Below are positions 11,701-20,498 of a stretch of 64,000 nucleotides of DNA, piece by piece. The stretch covers positions 4,320 through 68,319 of the forward strand of contig JBDHAD010000039.1 in NCBI GenBank assembly GCA_039588215.1. Direction: 5' to 3'. This stretch comes from Gemmatimonadota bacterium. GTDB taxonomy: Bacteria; Gemmatimonadota; Gemmatimonadetes; Palauibacterales; Palauibacteraceae. The notes beneath the pieces were generated by a model, which was not told the origin of the DNA, did not search any database, and saw nothing but the letters and a program-made list of their open reading frames with translations. The position numbers and the translations under genes were made by a program. How positions within the stretch are numbered: the first letter of the stretch is position 1; every line of letters begins with the position of its first letter.

Positions 11701-12056
11701 CGGTCCTCCAGGAAGCCGGTGAGGCCGACAACTTGATCGAAGCTGCGGACGCGCTGGACGAGAAGCTCATCGACGTGGAGGAGGAGCTGCTCCAGCTCAA
11801 GAACACCGGCCCGGACGGGGTCCGGTGGCCCGCGATGATCGTAGGCCGGTTGCGCTACCTGATCGGCAACGTTGCGACGGCCGACTTCCCGCCAACTGAC
11901 CAACAACGGGAAGTACACCAGATCCTGAGGGAGCAGTTGAGCGCGGCTGGCGATCAGCTAGGTGCGGTGCTCCGGACCGATGTCGCCGCATTCAACAGTC
12001 TGTTGCGGGAGCGCGGGATGCCCTCCGTCATTACGGTGCAGAGGAGCTCCCGATGA
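8790..12056 (+). CDS. Secreted VPS10/BNR-repeat (sortilin-like) putative glycosyl hydrolase
   Basis: Many S/T-x-D-x-G-x-T/S-W Asp-boxes; signal peptide; C-terminal coiled coil. Confidence 0.85.
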   Translation: MSGHRRITAALSSVFASGFALTLIVAPSVAQQISPERYEQLHFRHIGPVGNRAASIAGVPGDRMVYYAGAASGGVWKTEDAGLHWRPVFDDQPVHAIGALAVTPSDPAIVWAGTGETSIRSNVSIGNGIWKSTDAGETWRHMGLEGTGRIGRIVVHPLNPDIVYAAALGHAYAPQQERGVYRTTDGGTTWERVLFVDENTGAYEIAMDPSNSRKLFATMWQIDLKTWGRESGGPGSGIFVTGDAGDTWTRLEGHGLPTRPVGKIAVCMSADDSRRVYGLIETGDGVPIHGEETDTGELWRSEDGGESWRLVSYHHDLATRQAYYTRCAVSPDDRDEVYFASSSFSWSLNGGETHTTTNFLRDKSSPGWDLHDIWIDPTDGDRIVMAFDGGVTLTENRGDSWFRMQLPIAQMYHVTADNAVPYNVLGNRQDGPSFRGPSNTRTGGLWARGIIPRGDWRAVGGGESGFATPDPTDPNIVWSSASGSGARGGIVVRHNVAAGQFRNVEVWPMSTGGWPAEGIRYRFQWTFPLLISPHDRNTIYVTSQHVHRTTNGGQSWDVISPDLTTNDKSKQGISGGLTPDNIGVEYCCVIYAFDESPVEQGVLWAGSNDGLVHVSRDGGDSWDNVTMNIPNLPPDGVVRSIDASKWSAGKAYLTIEHHQVGDFEARAYKTEDFGETWTQITSGVDDGPLSYTRHLLEDPVRPGLLYLGTEGSLYVSFDDGANWQPFMNNMPHTPYYGLFVQEHFNDLVVGTYGRGYWILDDLSAIQQLTSDVAASSAHLFEPRDAYRFRPTTEPMIMFEDWTHGENPPNGASINYWLGSTPEGDVKIRIENAAGETVRVLDGTKHAGINRLWWNFRGEPGTQIKLRTKPLYADWYPMPDQGWRPGGGGGFLGGGTAVLQPPGTYTVTLTVDGNEVGSQALTVLKDPNSEGSQADIQAQTALVEEIVDDLDSAAELVNRIELIRRQMYDLKPVLQEAGEADNLIEAADALDEKLIDVEEELLQLKNTGPDGVRWPAMIVGRLRYLIGNVATADFPPTDQQREVHQILREQLSAAGDQLGAVLRTDVAAFNSLLRERGMPSVITVQRSSR

Positions 12057-12655
12057 GGCGAAGACGCCTCACGCGGCGCGAGTTTCTGGAACAGGCCGCC
12101 CGTCGCACGGCCGGCGTCGGGCTGGCCGGAATGGTACTCCCGACCCTGTCGTGCTCTCCCGCCGATGAGGGAATACCGCTGCCGCCTTTGCCGTTGAACG
12201 AGGGCACGTTGACGGCCGTGATGGACGAGATCATCCCGGCGGGGGAGAGCATGCCCTCGGCCAGCGAGGCCCGCGTGCTGCGTTACTTCCGGCAACTTGC
12301 CGCGGGAGCTCCCGAGCAGTCCGCCCCTCCGGTGTCCGATCTTGTCGGGACCCTCGAGGGGGCACTCGAGGCGGTGGACGTGGGGAGTCACGAGCGCTTC
12401 GGCGGCCCGTTTCTCGAGCTCTCGGAGGTCCAGCGGGTCGAGGTGCTGGAGCGGCTCGAAGAGACCGATCCCGCGGTCTTCGGCGGGCTTTCAGTCCTCG
12501 TGTACGAGGCGTACTACGTGCAGCCGGCCGTATGGGAGCTTCTCGGTTACGAGCCGTTCCCCACAGACGAGAGCGGTCCCGGGATGGATCCGTTCGACGA
12601 AACGGCGCTCGACCGGGTTCGGAGCACGACCACCCTATACCGGGAGGTGCTCTGA
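12053..12655 (+). CDS. Gluconate 2-dehydrogenase subunit 3 family protein (Tat)
   Basis: TRREFL Tat motif; DEIIP, FLELS, YYVQPAVWELLGY pattern; adjacent to GMC gene. Confidence 0.75.
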   Translation: MRRRRLTRREFLEQAARRTAGVGLAGMVLPTLSCSPADEGIPLPPLPLNEGTLTAVMDEIIPAGESMPSASEARVLRYFRQLAAGAPEQSAPPVSDLVGTLEGALEAVDVGSHERFGGPFLELSEVQRVEVLERLEETDPAVFGGLSVLVYEAYYVQPAVWELLGYEPFPTDESGPGMDPFDETALDRVRSTTTLYREVL

Positions 12656-14241
12656 TGGCCCAGGATCGCGCGGATGTGCTGGTCATCGGATCGGGAGCGG
12701 CGGGTGGGGCTCTGGGCTGGCGCCTCACCGAGCTGGGGGCTCGGGTGGTCTGCCTCGAGCAGGGCGACTGGATCGCGCCCGAGACTATGGGCTCCACCGA
12801 GCCCACCTACGAAACGTATCTCCTCCGGGGAGACTGGAACCTCGAGCCCAACATTCGGAAGCGGCCCGAGGACTACCCCGTGACCACGGCGGGAGACGAC
12901 CCGCCACGCATCATGATGTTCAATGCCGTCGGTGGGACGACGATTCACTGGCAGGCCCACTTCCCGCGGTTCCACCCCTCCGATTTCCGTGCGCGCACCC
13001 TCGACGGCGTGTCGGTGGATTGGCCGATCGAGTACGCTGACCTGGTCCCGTACTACGATCGCAACGACAGCATGATGGGTGTGTCTGGTCTGGCGGGAGA
13101 TCCCGCCAACCCGCCCAGACCCGCGAGGCCCACACCTCCCCTGCCGATCGGGCGCCTGGGACGAACGCTGGTCGATGGGTTCGAGGCCCTGGGTTGGCAC
13201 TGGTGGGTCGCTGACCAGGCCATCGTTTCACAGGCGTACGAGGGGCGGGCCCCCTGCTTCCTGCATGGGAAGTGCATGTTCGGTTGCCCTATCGGGGCAA
13301 AGGCCTCGACCGATCGCGTCTACTGGCGCCCGGCGGTGGAGGGTGGCGCCGTGCTCACAACCGGGGCCCGGGTACGCGAGATCACGGTCGACCCGAACGG
13401 GCGGGCGCGCGGCGCCCTGTATTACGATGGTGACGGGAACCTGCAGGAAGCGCTCGCCCGCGTGGTCGTGGTGTGCTGCAACGGGGTCGGCACTCCGCGG
13501 CTGTTGCTCAACTCGACTTCGAACCTGTTCTCCGACGGCCTCGCCAACTCCTCGGGCATGGTGGGGAGGAACTTCATGATCCACCCGGCACGGTGGGTCG
13601 AGGGGACCTTCGAAGAGGAGATGGATGGGCACATCGGGCCGCTGGGCGTCCCGCTTTACTCGCAACAGTTTTACGAGACCGACCCGAGCCACGACTTCGT
13701 GAAAGGCTACACCCTCAACGGCGAGCGCACCTTCGGACCGCTATCACACGCGTTGTCCGTTCCCTGGGGAGAGAGCCACCACGGCATCATGAAGCGTCGC
13801 TTTCCGCACGCGGTGAGGATGAGCGTCCTGTGCGACGATCTGCCCGAGGAGCACAACCGCATCGAGCTTGATCCGGAGCTGACCGACTCGCACGGGATTC
13901 CGGCCGCGCGGGCCACCTACACGGTGAGCGAGAACACCCGGAGCATGCTCGACCACGGCCTGGAGCGGATCCGTGAAGTGCTCGAAGCCGCGGGGGCGGT
14001 GGAGATCTTGGAGCCAACCGGCACCAACATGGCTCACCTGATGGGGACGGCCAGAATGGGGGACGACCCTCGCACGTCCGTCGTCGATGCTTGGAACCGC
14101 GCCCACGACGTCCCGAACCTGTTCATCGTGGACGGAAGCTCGTTCGCGACCGGATCCGGCGTGAATCCCACCTCCACCATCGGGGCCCTGGCCTTGAGGG
14201 CCGCCGATGGGATCTGGGAGCGTCGCGGCGATTGGGTCTGA
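12655..14241 (+). CDS. GMC family FAD oxidoreductase
   Basis: IGSGAAG FAD motif, GGTTIHW, CMFGC, HLMGTARMG, NPTSTI. Confidence 0.9.
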   Translation: MAQDRADVLVIGSGAAGGALGWRLTELGARVVCLEQGDWIAPETMGSTEPTYETYLLRGDWNLEPNIRKRPEDYPVTTAGDDPPRIMMFNAVGGTTIHWQAHFPRFHPSDFRARTLDGVSVDWPIEYADLVPYYDRNDSMMGVSGLAGDPANPPRPARPTPPLPIGRLGRTLVDGFEALGWHWWVADQAIVSQAYEGRAPCFLHGKCMFGCPIGAKASTDRVYWRPAVEGGAVLTTGARVREITVDPNGRARGALYYDGDGNLQEALARVVVVCCNGVGTPRLLLNSTSNLFSDGLANSSGMVGRNFMIHPARWVEGTFEEEMDGHIGPLGVPLYSQQFYETDPSHDFVKGYTLNGERTFGPLSHALSVPWGESHHGIMKRRFPHAVRMSVLCDDLPEEHNRIELDPELTDSHGIPAARATYTVSENTRSMLDHGLERIREVLEAAGAVEILEPTGTNMAHLMGTARMGDDPRTSVVDAWNRAHDVPNLFIVDGSSFATGSGVNPTSTIGALALRAADGIWERRGDWV

Positions 14242-14515
14242 GCCCGGGGTCCGATTCCGCGCCGTAAACCGCAAGGGTAGGTGGCGCCCTGCGGTGCTTG
14301 ACGCGTTCGTAATCGAACGTGCCAAGAGCCTCCGCTCCCGCACCGATGCCGGATCCACGCTGGATGCCGCGAAATAGCAGCGAAAGGCCGGGGCGATCCG
14401 CCCCGCCGGACGGGGTCGAGTCGTGGCTCGGGATGTGCTTCCAGGAGGTGCCAGAGATCTGACCATTCGCCGACAGTGACATGGCGCGAACCTGCCGAGA
14501 TCGCCAGGAGGCTGC

Positions 14516-16318
14516 TTGCCCTCGACATCGCTCTGGATCACGGGGTTCAGCATCGCGTTCCCGGTGCTGGTGGTGATCGCCTGGTTCCGCCAACGCCTGG
14601 TGCTCGCCGGGCATGAGTCGCTGTTTGCCGAGCACACGGACGCCGTGGCGACCCTCGACGGAAAGGGTCGAATCCGGCGGGTCAACCGCGCGTTCACGAG
14701 CCTTACGGGTGTGGAAGAGTCACGTGTCCGCCGCGTCGCCTTCTCCGATACCATCCGGGAAGAAGACCGCGCACAAGCGATGTCTGCGGCGCGCGCCGCG
14801 CGTCGCGGTAAGGCCCGGACCATCGAGGCGCGTCTGTGCAGTGAGCAGGGAGAGCCGGTCGAGGTGGAGCTCACGTCGGTCCCCATCGTGGTATTGGGAC
14901 GGGTGGTGGGGACCCACCAGATCGCGCGCGACATCCGCGGTCGCAAGGAAACAGACCGAAAGCTCCAGGCGAGAGCCCTGCACGACTACCTGACCGGCCT
15001 GCCGAACCGGGCCCTGTTCGAGGACCGGCTCCGACATGCCCTCGATCGCGGTCGCCGCGCGGGTCAGATGGTCGGTCTTCTCTACTTGGATCTCGACCGC
15101 TTCAAGCAGGTAAACGACACCGCCGGTCACGAAGCTGGCGACCTGCTGCTTCAGACGGTCGCGTCCCGCCTCGAGAGCGTCCTGCGGGACGGGGACACGG
15201 TAGCGCGGCTGGGGGGCGACGAATTCGCCATCCTGCTGGAGGACATGGAGGACGAAGAAGAGGCGATCGCCGCGGCACGGCGCGTGGCGGATCTGTTGAG
15301 CAAGCCAGTCCGGCTCGAGATCGGCGATGTGAATGCCGGCGGCAGCGTGGGCCTGGTGATCAGCTCGACCCTCACCGAATCACCCGAAGAGTTGGTACGG
15401 CGGGCGGATCTCGCCATGTACGAAGCGAAGCGACGAGGAGGGCACCGGTACCAGCTCTACATCTCTGCGCTCGATGACCAGCAGGACGACCCCAGTCTGA
15501 ACTTGGAGACGGACCTGCGCCGCGCAATTGAAGCGGATGCGCTGCATGTCGAGTATCAGGCGATTATTGATCTGGCCGGAACCCTCATCGTCGGCATCGA
15601 AGCGCTGGCACGCTGGCAACACCCGAGGTTCGGCTCCCTTTCCCCTTCGGTCTTCCTCCCGATCGCCGAACGCTCGGATCTGATCGGAGCCCTCGACCGG
15701 TGCATCCTTCGGCGGGCTTGCCGCGAGGCGAGGACACTGCTCGAGGATCCGAAATCGATCGCACCCGGCTTCTTCCTCAGCGTAAACTGCTCGAAGCTCG
15801 GGCTCGAGGAGGGAGACGCGGCGGCGACGATCACTGGTATCCTCGAGGCGGAGGGGTTCGATCCCCAGCGGCTTCAGATCGAGCTTACGGAGAGTGTCGG
15901 GGGCGGGAGCCTGGAGACATTGGAGCGGCTGAGAGGGGCTGGCATCAAGCTCGCGATCGACGACTTTGGCACGGGCTACTCGTCGCTCGGCTATCTCGGG
16001 CGTCTTCAGGTCGACGTGTTGAAGGTCGATCGGTCGCTCGTTCGAGCGCTAGGAACCGACACGGCCTCGGGCGCGGTCGTTCGCATGATTCTCACGCTCG
16101 CTCAAGTCCTCGGTCTGGGTGTGATCGTGGAGGGGGTGGAGGATGCGGGACAGCTGAGGCAGCTACAGGAGCTGGGCGGACGATATCTCCAGGGCTTCTA
16201 CTTCGGCCAGCCGACGGATTTCGAAACGATTTCCAAGCTGGTGCGGCGCGGTCTGCCACCGGACTGGGCCTTCCGCGGTCCGGGCCCATCGCGTCAGGTC
16301 GCGGCTACGCCCGCATAG
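14516..16318 (+). CDS. PAS-GGDEF-EAL diguanylate cyclase/phosphodiesterase
   Basis: DYLTGLPNR, GGDEF, EAL, DDFGTG, EGVE, QGFY; TTG start after AGGAGG. Confidence 0.9.
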   Translation: MPSTSLWITGFSIAFPVLVVIAWFRQRLVLAGHESLFAEHTDAVATLDGKGRIRRVNRAFTSLTGVEESRVRRVAFSDTIREEDRAQAMSAARAARRGKARTIEARLCSEQGEPVEVELTSVPIVVLGRVVGTHQIARDIRGRKETDRKLQARALHDYLTGLPNRALFEDRLRHALDRGRRAGQMVGLLYLDLDRFKQVNDTAGHEAGDLLLQTVASRLESVLRDGDTVARLGGDEFAILLEDMEDEEEAIAAARRVADLLSKPVRLEIGDVNAGGSVGLVISSTLTESPEELVRRADLAMYEAKRRGGHRYQLYISALDDQQDDPSLNLETDLRRAIEADALHVEYQAIIDLAGTLIVGIEALARWQHPRFGSLSPSVFLPIAERSDLIGALDRCILRRACREARTLLEDPKSIAPGFFLSVNCSKLGLEEGDAAATITGILEAEGFDPQRLQIELTESVGGGSLETLERLRGAGIKLAIDDFGTGYSSLGYLGRLQVDVLKVDRSLVRALGTDTASGAVVRMILTLAQVLGLGVIVEGVEDAGQLRQLQELGGRYLQGFYFGQPTDFETISKLVRRGLPPDWAFRGPGPSRQVAATPA

Positions 16319-17412
16319 GTCTGCGCAAAAGGATAGTCGCTGCCGGCCAACTCGGCGGCGCACCAGCCCAGCACTCGCTCGCGAACCTCCTTGGGCACGT
16401 CCTTGTGACGGTCCGCCGTCCCCTTCACGAACAGCTCTGCGTCCGTGGCCAGGATGTGGGGCGGGTGCATCTCGAACGCCTCCTTGTGCGCCTGCATGTA
16501 CTCGAAGCCGCACTTGTGGACGACGTCCTCGAGCTCTGCGTCCGATAGCGGCTGCACTCCCAGGAAGCTCGCGACCTGGCGCACGATCGTGGGCAGGTCG
16601 CGCTTCATCTCCTCGAAGTGGACGAAGAGCACATTGTCGTTCGCCTGCGCGAGCTCCCACCAACCCTTCACGTGGTCCGGCCACGTCCCCCACCACATCA
16701 GCTCCTCCGAGCAGAACCACTCGTCGACGGCGCCCAGGTCGGGGGCCATCGCGCCCACGTTGGTCGCGATGAAGTCCGCGCAGCTCGCGAAACACGAGAC
16801 GGGGTGCCGGGCGACGTACACGTACCGTGCTTCGGGGCTGAACGGACACAGGGTGGCCGGAAGGTGCGTCTTGATCAGGCGCGACGGTCGCTCGATGCCG
16901 AGAAGCGGTGCTTCGTCGATCGGCACGCTCTTGAGCGCCTCGAGCCACGGCGACACCGCGTACAGGGCCGTTCCGGACCCTACGAGATCTCCGTTCCCGC
17001 GGTGCAGGATCTCGTACACGACGTGCTGCATCCACGTCGTGCCGCATTTCATCTGCGTGACGACGAACACGTCCTCCGGGCGTGCCTCGTACTCGTCGGC
17101 GCGCTGGAAGCTTTCGAGACTGCACGTCCCCTTGGGACCCGAGACACCTCGGTGCCGGAAGCTGGCCTTCTGGAACGTGAAGCTCGAGAACCTCCCGACG
17201 AGGCGGAGGATCGGGAAGAGCAGCCGCGCGTGTCGCCGGAGCGTCCGCTTGAAGTCGGCTCGTCCCTCGGGTGGGAGCCCGTAGTACTCGAGGCCCCGCG
17301 TCTTCTGGTCCTCCCACGAGAGGATTACACCCAGGTAGATCATCTGCGTGATGAAGAAGAGGACGAGTGCCCCCACCAGGACCGCGATCCACGTGATCGG
17401 GCTCCAACCCAT
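16294..17412 (-). CDS. Sulfotransferase domain protein with N-terminal TM
   Basis: PAPS-binding-like KCGTTW; LIKTHLP, YVARHP, HFEEMK. Confidence 0.8.
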   Translation of the reverse strand: MGWSPITWIAVLVGALVLFFITQMIYLGVILSWEDQKTRGLEYYGLPPEGRADFKRTLRRHARLLFPILRLVGRFSSFTFQKASFRHRGVSGPKGTCSLESFQRADEYEARPEDVFVVTQMKCGTTWMQHVVYEILHRGNGDLVGSGTALYAVSPWLEALKSVPIDEAPLLGIERPSRLIKTHLPATLCPFSPEARYVYVARHPVSCFASCADFIATNVGAMAPDLGAVDEWFCSEELMWWGTWPDHVKGWWELAQANDNVLFVHFEEMKRDLPTIVRQVASFLGVQPLSDAELEDVVHKCGFEYMQAHKEAFEMHPPHILATDAELFVKGTADRHKDVPKEVRERVLGWCAAELAGSDYPFAQTYAGVAAT

Positions 17413-17648
17413 CCGCTATTTAGCTCCCCCGTGCGCTGCCCAAGGTGATGCGGCCCGCCGCGACCACAGCTGATGGCTGGGGAATGTGGCGACGGTCGCA
17501 CGCGCGCGTCCAGTTACGGTCTCCTCCGCATGCGAACGGGCCTCGTGGACTCGAAACGCCGATCCTCCGCACCCATCGTCACCGGCGGGCCGGAACGGTA
17601 TCTTCTTAGGTCTTCCCTCCTTACCGAACTCCTTCAAGGAGGCCGGCA

Positions 17649-18497
17649 ATGAAGGCCATGGTTGATCCTCTTCCGACGTTCCTCCGGCGGTTTTTGAAGT
17701 CCAGCGCGCTCCGCGTTCTCTCCACCGCCACGGTCTCGACGCTCATCGCCCTCCCGTTCACGGCCTGCGGTGAGGACGAGATTACCGGACCCGGAGGCCT
17801 CGCGGTGATCAGCGTCCCGTTCCAGTTCGTCGAGGACGCGACCGGTAAGACCGGATTCCGGCTGATCGGGATCAACGGCAATGTCACCGTGATCGGCCTC
17901 TCAACGGGCGAGACGTTCACGGTGAGCGGATTCCGACAGGTGCAGAACTGCAGTCGGTCCCAGGCGGAGGCACAGATCGACGATCTGCAGGTCGATGTTG
18001 ACGTGACGGCGACCGAGATCCTCGTGCAGACGATCCAGCCCGTGAACACCGATCCGTGTAGCCTGGTTGTCCAGTACGACCTCACGGTTCCGGAGCGCCT
18101 CTTCGGCCAGATCATCAACGTGAACGGCGAAGTCTCGATCGAGGACCTGGACGAGGGCGTCTCTGTTGTGAACGTGAACGGACTCGTCACGCTGGAGGAT
18201 GTGGAGGACGACGTCACCGTTCGCCTCACGAACGGCGACATCGTGGCGGACGCGCGGATCAGCGGCGACGAGGAGATCGATCTGCTGACGGTGAACGGGA
18301 ACGTGGGCCTCACGATCCCGACGACGACCAATGCTCTGCTGTCGATCGCCCTGGCCAACGGAACGATCAGCGTGTCGAACCTGACGATCACGAATCAGAC
18401 GAGTACCACCAACACGCTGAACGGGACCCTGGGGACCGGGGAGGGCCTGGTCATTCTCCGCACCACGAACGGGAACATCACGCTCACGGGAGTCTGA
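17649..18497 (+). CDS. DUF4097-like beta-strand repeat lipoprotein
   Basis: Lipobox FTAC; repeated T/V-N-G-x-V/I motifs. Confidence 0.75.
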   Translation: MKAMVDPLPTFLRRFLKSSALRVLSTATVSTLIALPFTACGEDEITGPGGLAVISVPFQFVEDATGKTGFRLIGINGNVTVIGLSTGETFTVSGFRQVQNCSRSQAEAQIDDLQVDVDVTATEILVQTIQPVNTDPCSLVVQYDLTVPERLFGQIINVNGEVSIEDLDEGVSVVNVNGLVTLEDVEDDVTVRLTNGDIVADARISGDEEIDLLTVNGNVGLTIPTTTNALLSIALANGTISVSNLTITNQTSTTNTLNGTLGTGEGLVILRTTNGNITLTGV

Positions 18498-18518
18498 TCG
18501 CGCTCCCCCTCGAGGAAT

Positions 18519-18535
18519 GCGCCCGGGAGGACTCG
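18519..18535 (-). repeat. 17-bp relic of the tRNA-Arg 3' end (older att scar)
   Basis: gcgcccgggaggactcg identical to 34059-34075 and 18624-18640. Confidence 0.7.
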
Positions 18536-18623
18536 GGGAGCGAGCGTTGAGCGAGGACCGCGGCGCGGCCGCAGCTCCCACCCCCAAGCGTGAGAGTCAT
18601 GACGGGCGCTCACCCTCGTGAGT

Positions 18624-18666
18624 GCGCCCGGGAGGACTCGAACCCCCAGCCTTCGGATCCGAAGTC
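18624..18666 (-). repeat. att direct repeat (43-bp 3' part of tRNA-Arg)
   Basis: Identical to 34059-34101. Confidence 0.95.
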
Positions 18667-18750
18667 AGAACTTCCAGCGTGAAACAAGGAGAGACACCGG
18701 ATCTTCTGGTGTCAGCCCCGGCCCCTATACCGGAAGTTCCGGGGTCCAAA

Positions 18751-18772
18751 CAGATGCAGAAACAGATGCAGT
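18751..18772 (+). promoter_or_regulatory. Putative integrase arm-type site (tandem CAGATGCA, 12-bp period)
   Basis: 19/22 match to 33965-33986 near the other att; inverted copy at 19781-19802. Confidence 0.6.
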
Positions 18773-18779
18773 TAGCCTA

Positions 18780-19514
18780 CTACTCCGCTGGGGGCTCTGC
18801 AGTCGGTGGGGGTCCCTTCAGTCCTCCCCAGCCTATGTCGTCAAGCCTTTCCTTGAGTGCAGCTCGGCGGTCTTCGTTCCTGGCAGGAGCGACGTAGTAG
18901 AAGTCGAAGAGTCCTTCAAGTACTTCGAGGAGCCATTCGGCTTCTCCCGGTTCCACAGCTACGACCTCCCCAGTGTTCTCCGACTTGGAAGGGTGCACCG
19001 CGAAGTTCCCGATCTTCCGAACCGCATCGACATTCTCAGCCAGGTGTGTCGGGAGCTTGTCCAGAACGCTGTCAATCTGGACGGAGAGGTTCGGGCCAGT
19101 TGCATCCCCCGCCTCCACCAGGACGTGCTGGAGGCAGCGGCGCGAAAGAGCGGCGGAGGCCTTCTTGCTCTTTGGGAAGACGGCGACGGCTTCTCGAAAA
19201 TCTGTTGCCGCATCTGGATCGGCCTTCTCAACTGCTTCTGGCACTGGCCGCAGAGCGGACTCCGGCCACAGTGTCTGGTCTATGTCATGCCAGGTGTCAC
19301 CGTCCGGCCTCTGCCGGAATACCACCAGAATCGGCCTCCCACACGCAGGGCAGCCCGACGGACGAAGCAGGATGGCGTGGTTCGACAGCGTAATAGCCGT
19401 CAGTTCGCTGACCCCCTTCCCGTTCCACTGACCCGAGACAGAGCAACTGACGGGTTCAAACCGAACTGCGACACCACAGTGTGGACATTTTCCCGTGGAT
19501 TCGGCCTCGTACAT
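18780..19514 (-). CDS. DUF4145 (HEPN-like) protein with N-terminal Zn-ribbon
   Basis: CPHC and CPAC; ASAALSRRCLQ; RKIGNFAVH; ATG 19514 with AGGAGG. Confidence 0.8.
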   Translation of the reverse strand: MYEAESTGKCPHCGVAVRFEPVSCSVSGQWNGKGVSELTAITLSNHAILLRPSGCPACGRPILVVFRQRPDGDTWHDIDQTLWPESALRPVPEAVEKADPDAATDFREAVAVFPKSKKASAALSRRCLQHVLVEAGDATGPNLSVQIDSVLDKLPTHLAENVDAVRKIGNFAVHPSKSENTGEVVAVEPGEAEWLLEVLEGLFDFYYVAPARNEDRRAALKERLDDIGWGGLKGPPPTAEPPAE

Positions 19515-19780
19515 TCGGACTCGACCTCCTGGTGGCACGAGTTTGCGATAGTCTTTCGGCACGACAAGGTAGCTCCCTCTCCGCGTCTGGCAGAAGGGAA
19601 GCCTCGGCGGCCTCAGCCCAGCGCACCGCCGGAGGGCGCTCGTACGTCCGCCGCGGCCCGGCACGGCATCCGCGGAGCCTCCGTCGGATGGGAGATCCGA
19701 AGGCCGAGAGCTGACCTAGATCCCGGATCCCCGCGTTACGCCTGGAGATTCGCCACGTCTAAGCTTCCCGCTCTGCACCC

Positions 19781-19802
19781 CCTGCATCTGTTCCTGCATC
19801 CG
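19781..19802 (-). repeat. Inverted internal copy of the arm-type motif
   Basis: Reverse complement cggatgcaggaacagatgcagg is 20/22 identical to 33965-33986. Confidence 0.6.
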
Positions 19803-19837
19803 TTCGGCGGGTGTCGCGCCTGGCGCGGGAGACCCGC

Positions 19838-20242
19838 GTGAAGGCGCGGGAGCGGTCGTGTGCCGGAGCGAACGCGACAGGCAATCCGTGCCGGTCCCCC
19901 GTCGTGGGGAAGGACGGCTGGTGCCCGGCCCATCGACCCGGTGGACGTGCCGAGATGCGGCGGCGGGCGCTCCGGGGTGCGATCGCCTCCCGCAAGAAGG
20001 GCCTCTCAGAGGACGAGGTACCACCGCCCCCTCAGACCCTGGAGGACGCCGTGCATTGGGCATCGTGGGTGACGTGGGCTGTGGCGGTGGGGAAGGTCTC
20101 GGCCCGCACGGCCCGTGAGATCGGCTACAACCTCCGGGGGCTGATGGACGGTCTGGAGAAACGAGAGATCGCGGAGGAGATCGAACGTCTCCGGGGGCAA
20201 GTCGTGGAGTTGAAACGGAGGGGCAGCTTGAAAGCGGGTTGA
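19838..20242 (+). CDS. CCCH Zn-finger protein, putative small terminase-like
   Basis: C-x9-C-x10-C-x2-H N-terminus, C-terminal coiled coil, upstream of TerL; GTG start with GGGAG. Confidence 0.55.
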   Translation: MKARERSCAGANATGNPCRSPVVGKDGWCPAHRPGGRAEMRRRALRGAIASRKKGLSEDEVPPPPQTLEDAVHWASWVTWAVAVGKVSARTAREIGYNLRGLMDGLEKREIAEEIERLRGQVVELKRRGSLKAG

Positions 20243-20498
20243 GGGCGGGTTGCTCCGGCAGGGATCTGCGGGCGGTGCTCCTTATCGGGCTACGGCGTCG
20301 TGAGCATACCTCCCCCCGCCGAACGTAAGGGTCGGGCGGGCATCGAAGCCGTCTGCCTTCCCACCACAAACGACGAGTCCTGAGCGAGTTTCTGCGGCCC
20401 GAACAGGGCGGACTCTACCGAGGACACGAGGCCAGAGGCGGTCGGCCATATACCGGGCACCTGCGTCCATATATCCCAAGCGAGGGGGAGGGCAGGAT

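Noticed and set aside
6262-11918. Long antisense ORFs (6262-7890, 10005-11918; similarly 47434-48810, 51563-53170)
   Set aside because: Shadow frames of well-supported genes in high-GC DNA.
14304-14319. CGTTCG-TAAT-CGAACG palindrome as a LexA box
   Set aside because: Half-sites are opposite to the Gram-positive SOS box orientation; single occurrence; regulator unknown.
18618-19841. 407-aa plus-strand ORF starting in att
   Set aside because: Antisense to the DUF4145 gene, starts in the tRNA remnant, and has no motifs.
20282-20479. Small minus ORF or possible pac/cos site between terS-like and terL
   Set aside because: No recognisable motif; only a short CCATATA repeat, which is insufficient.
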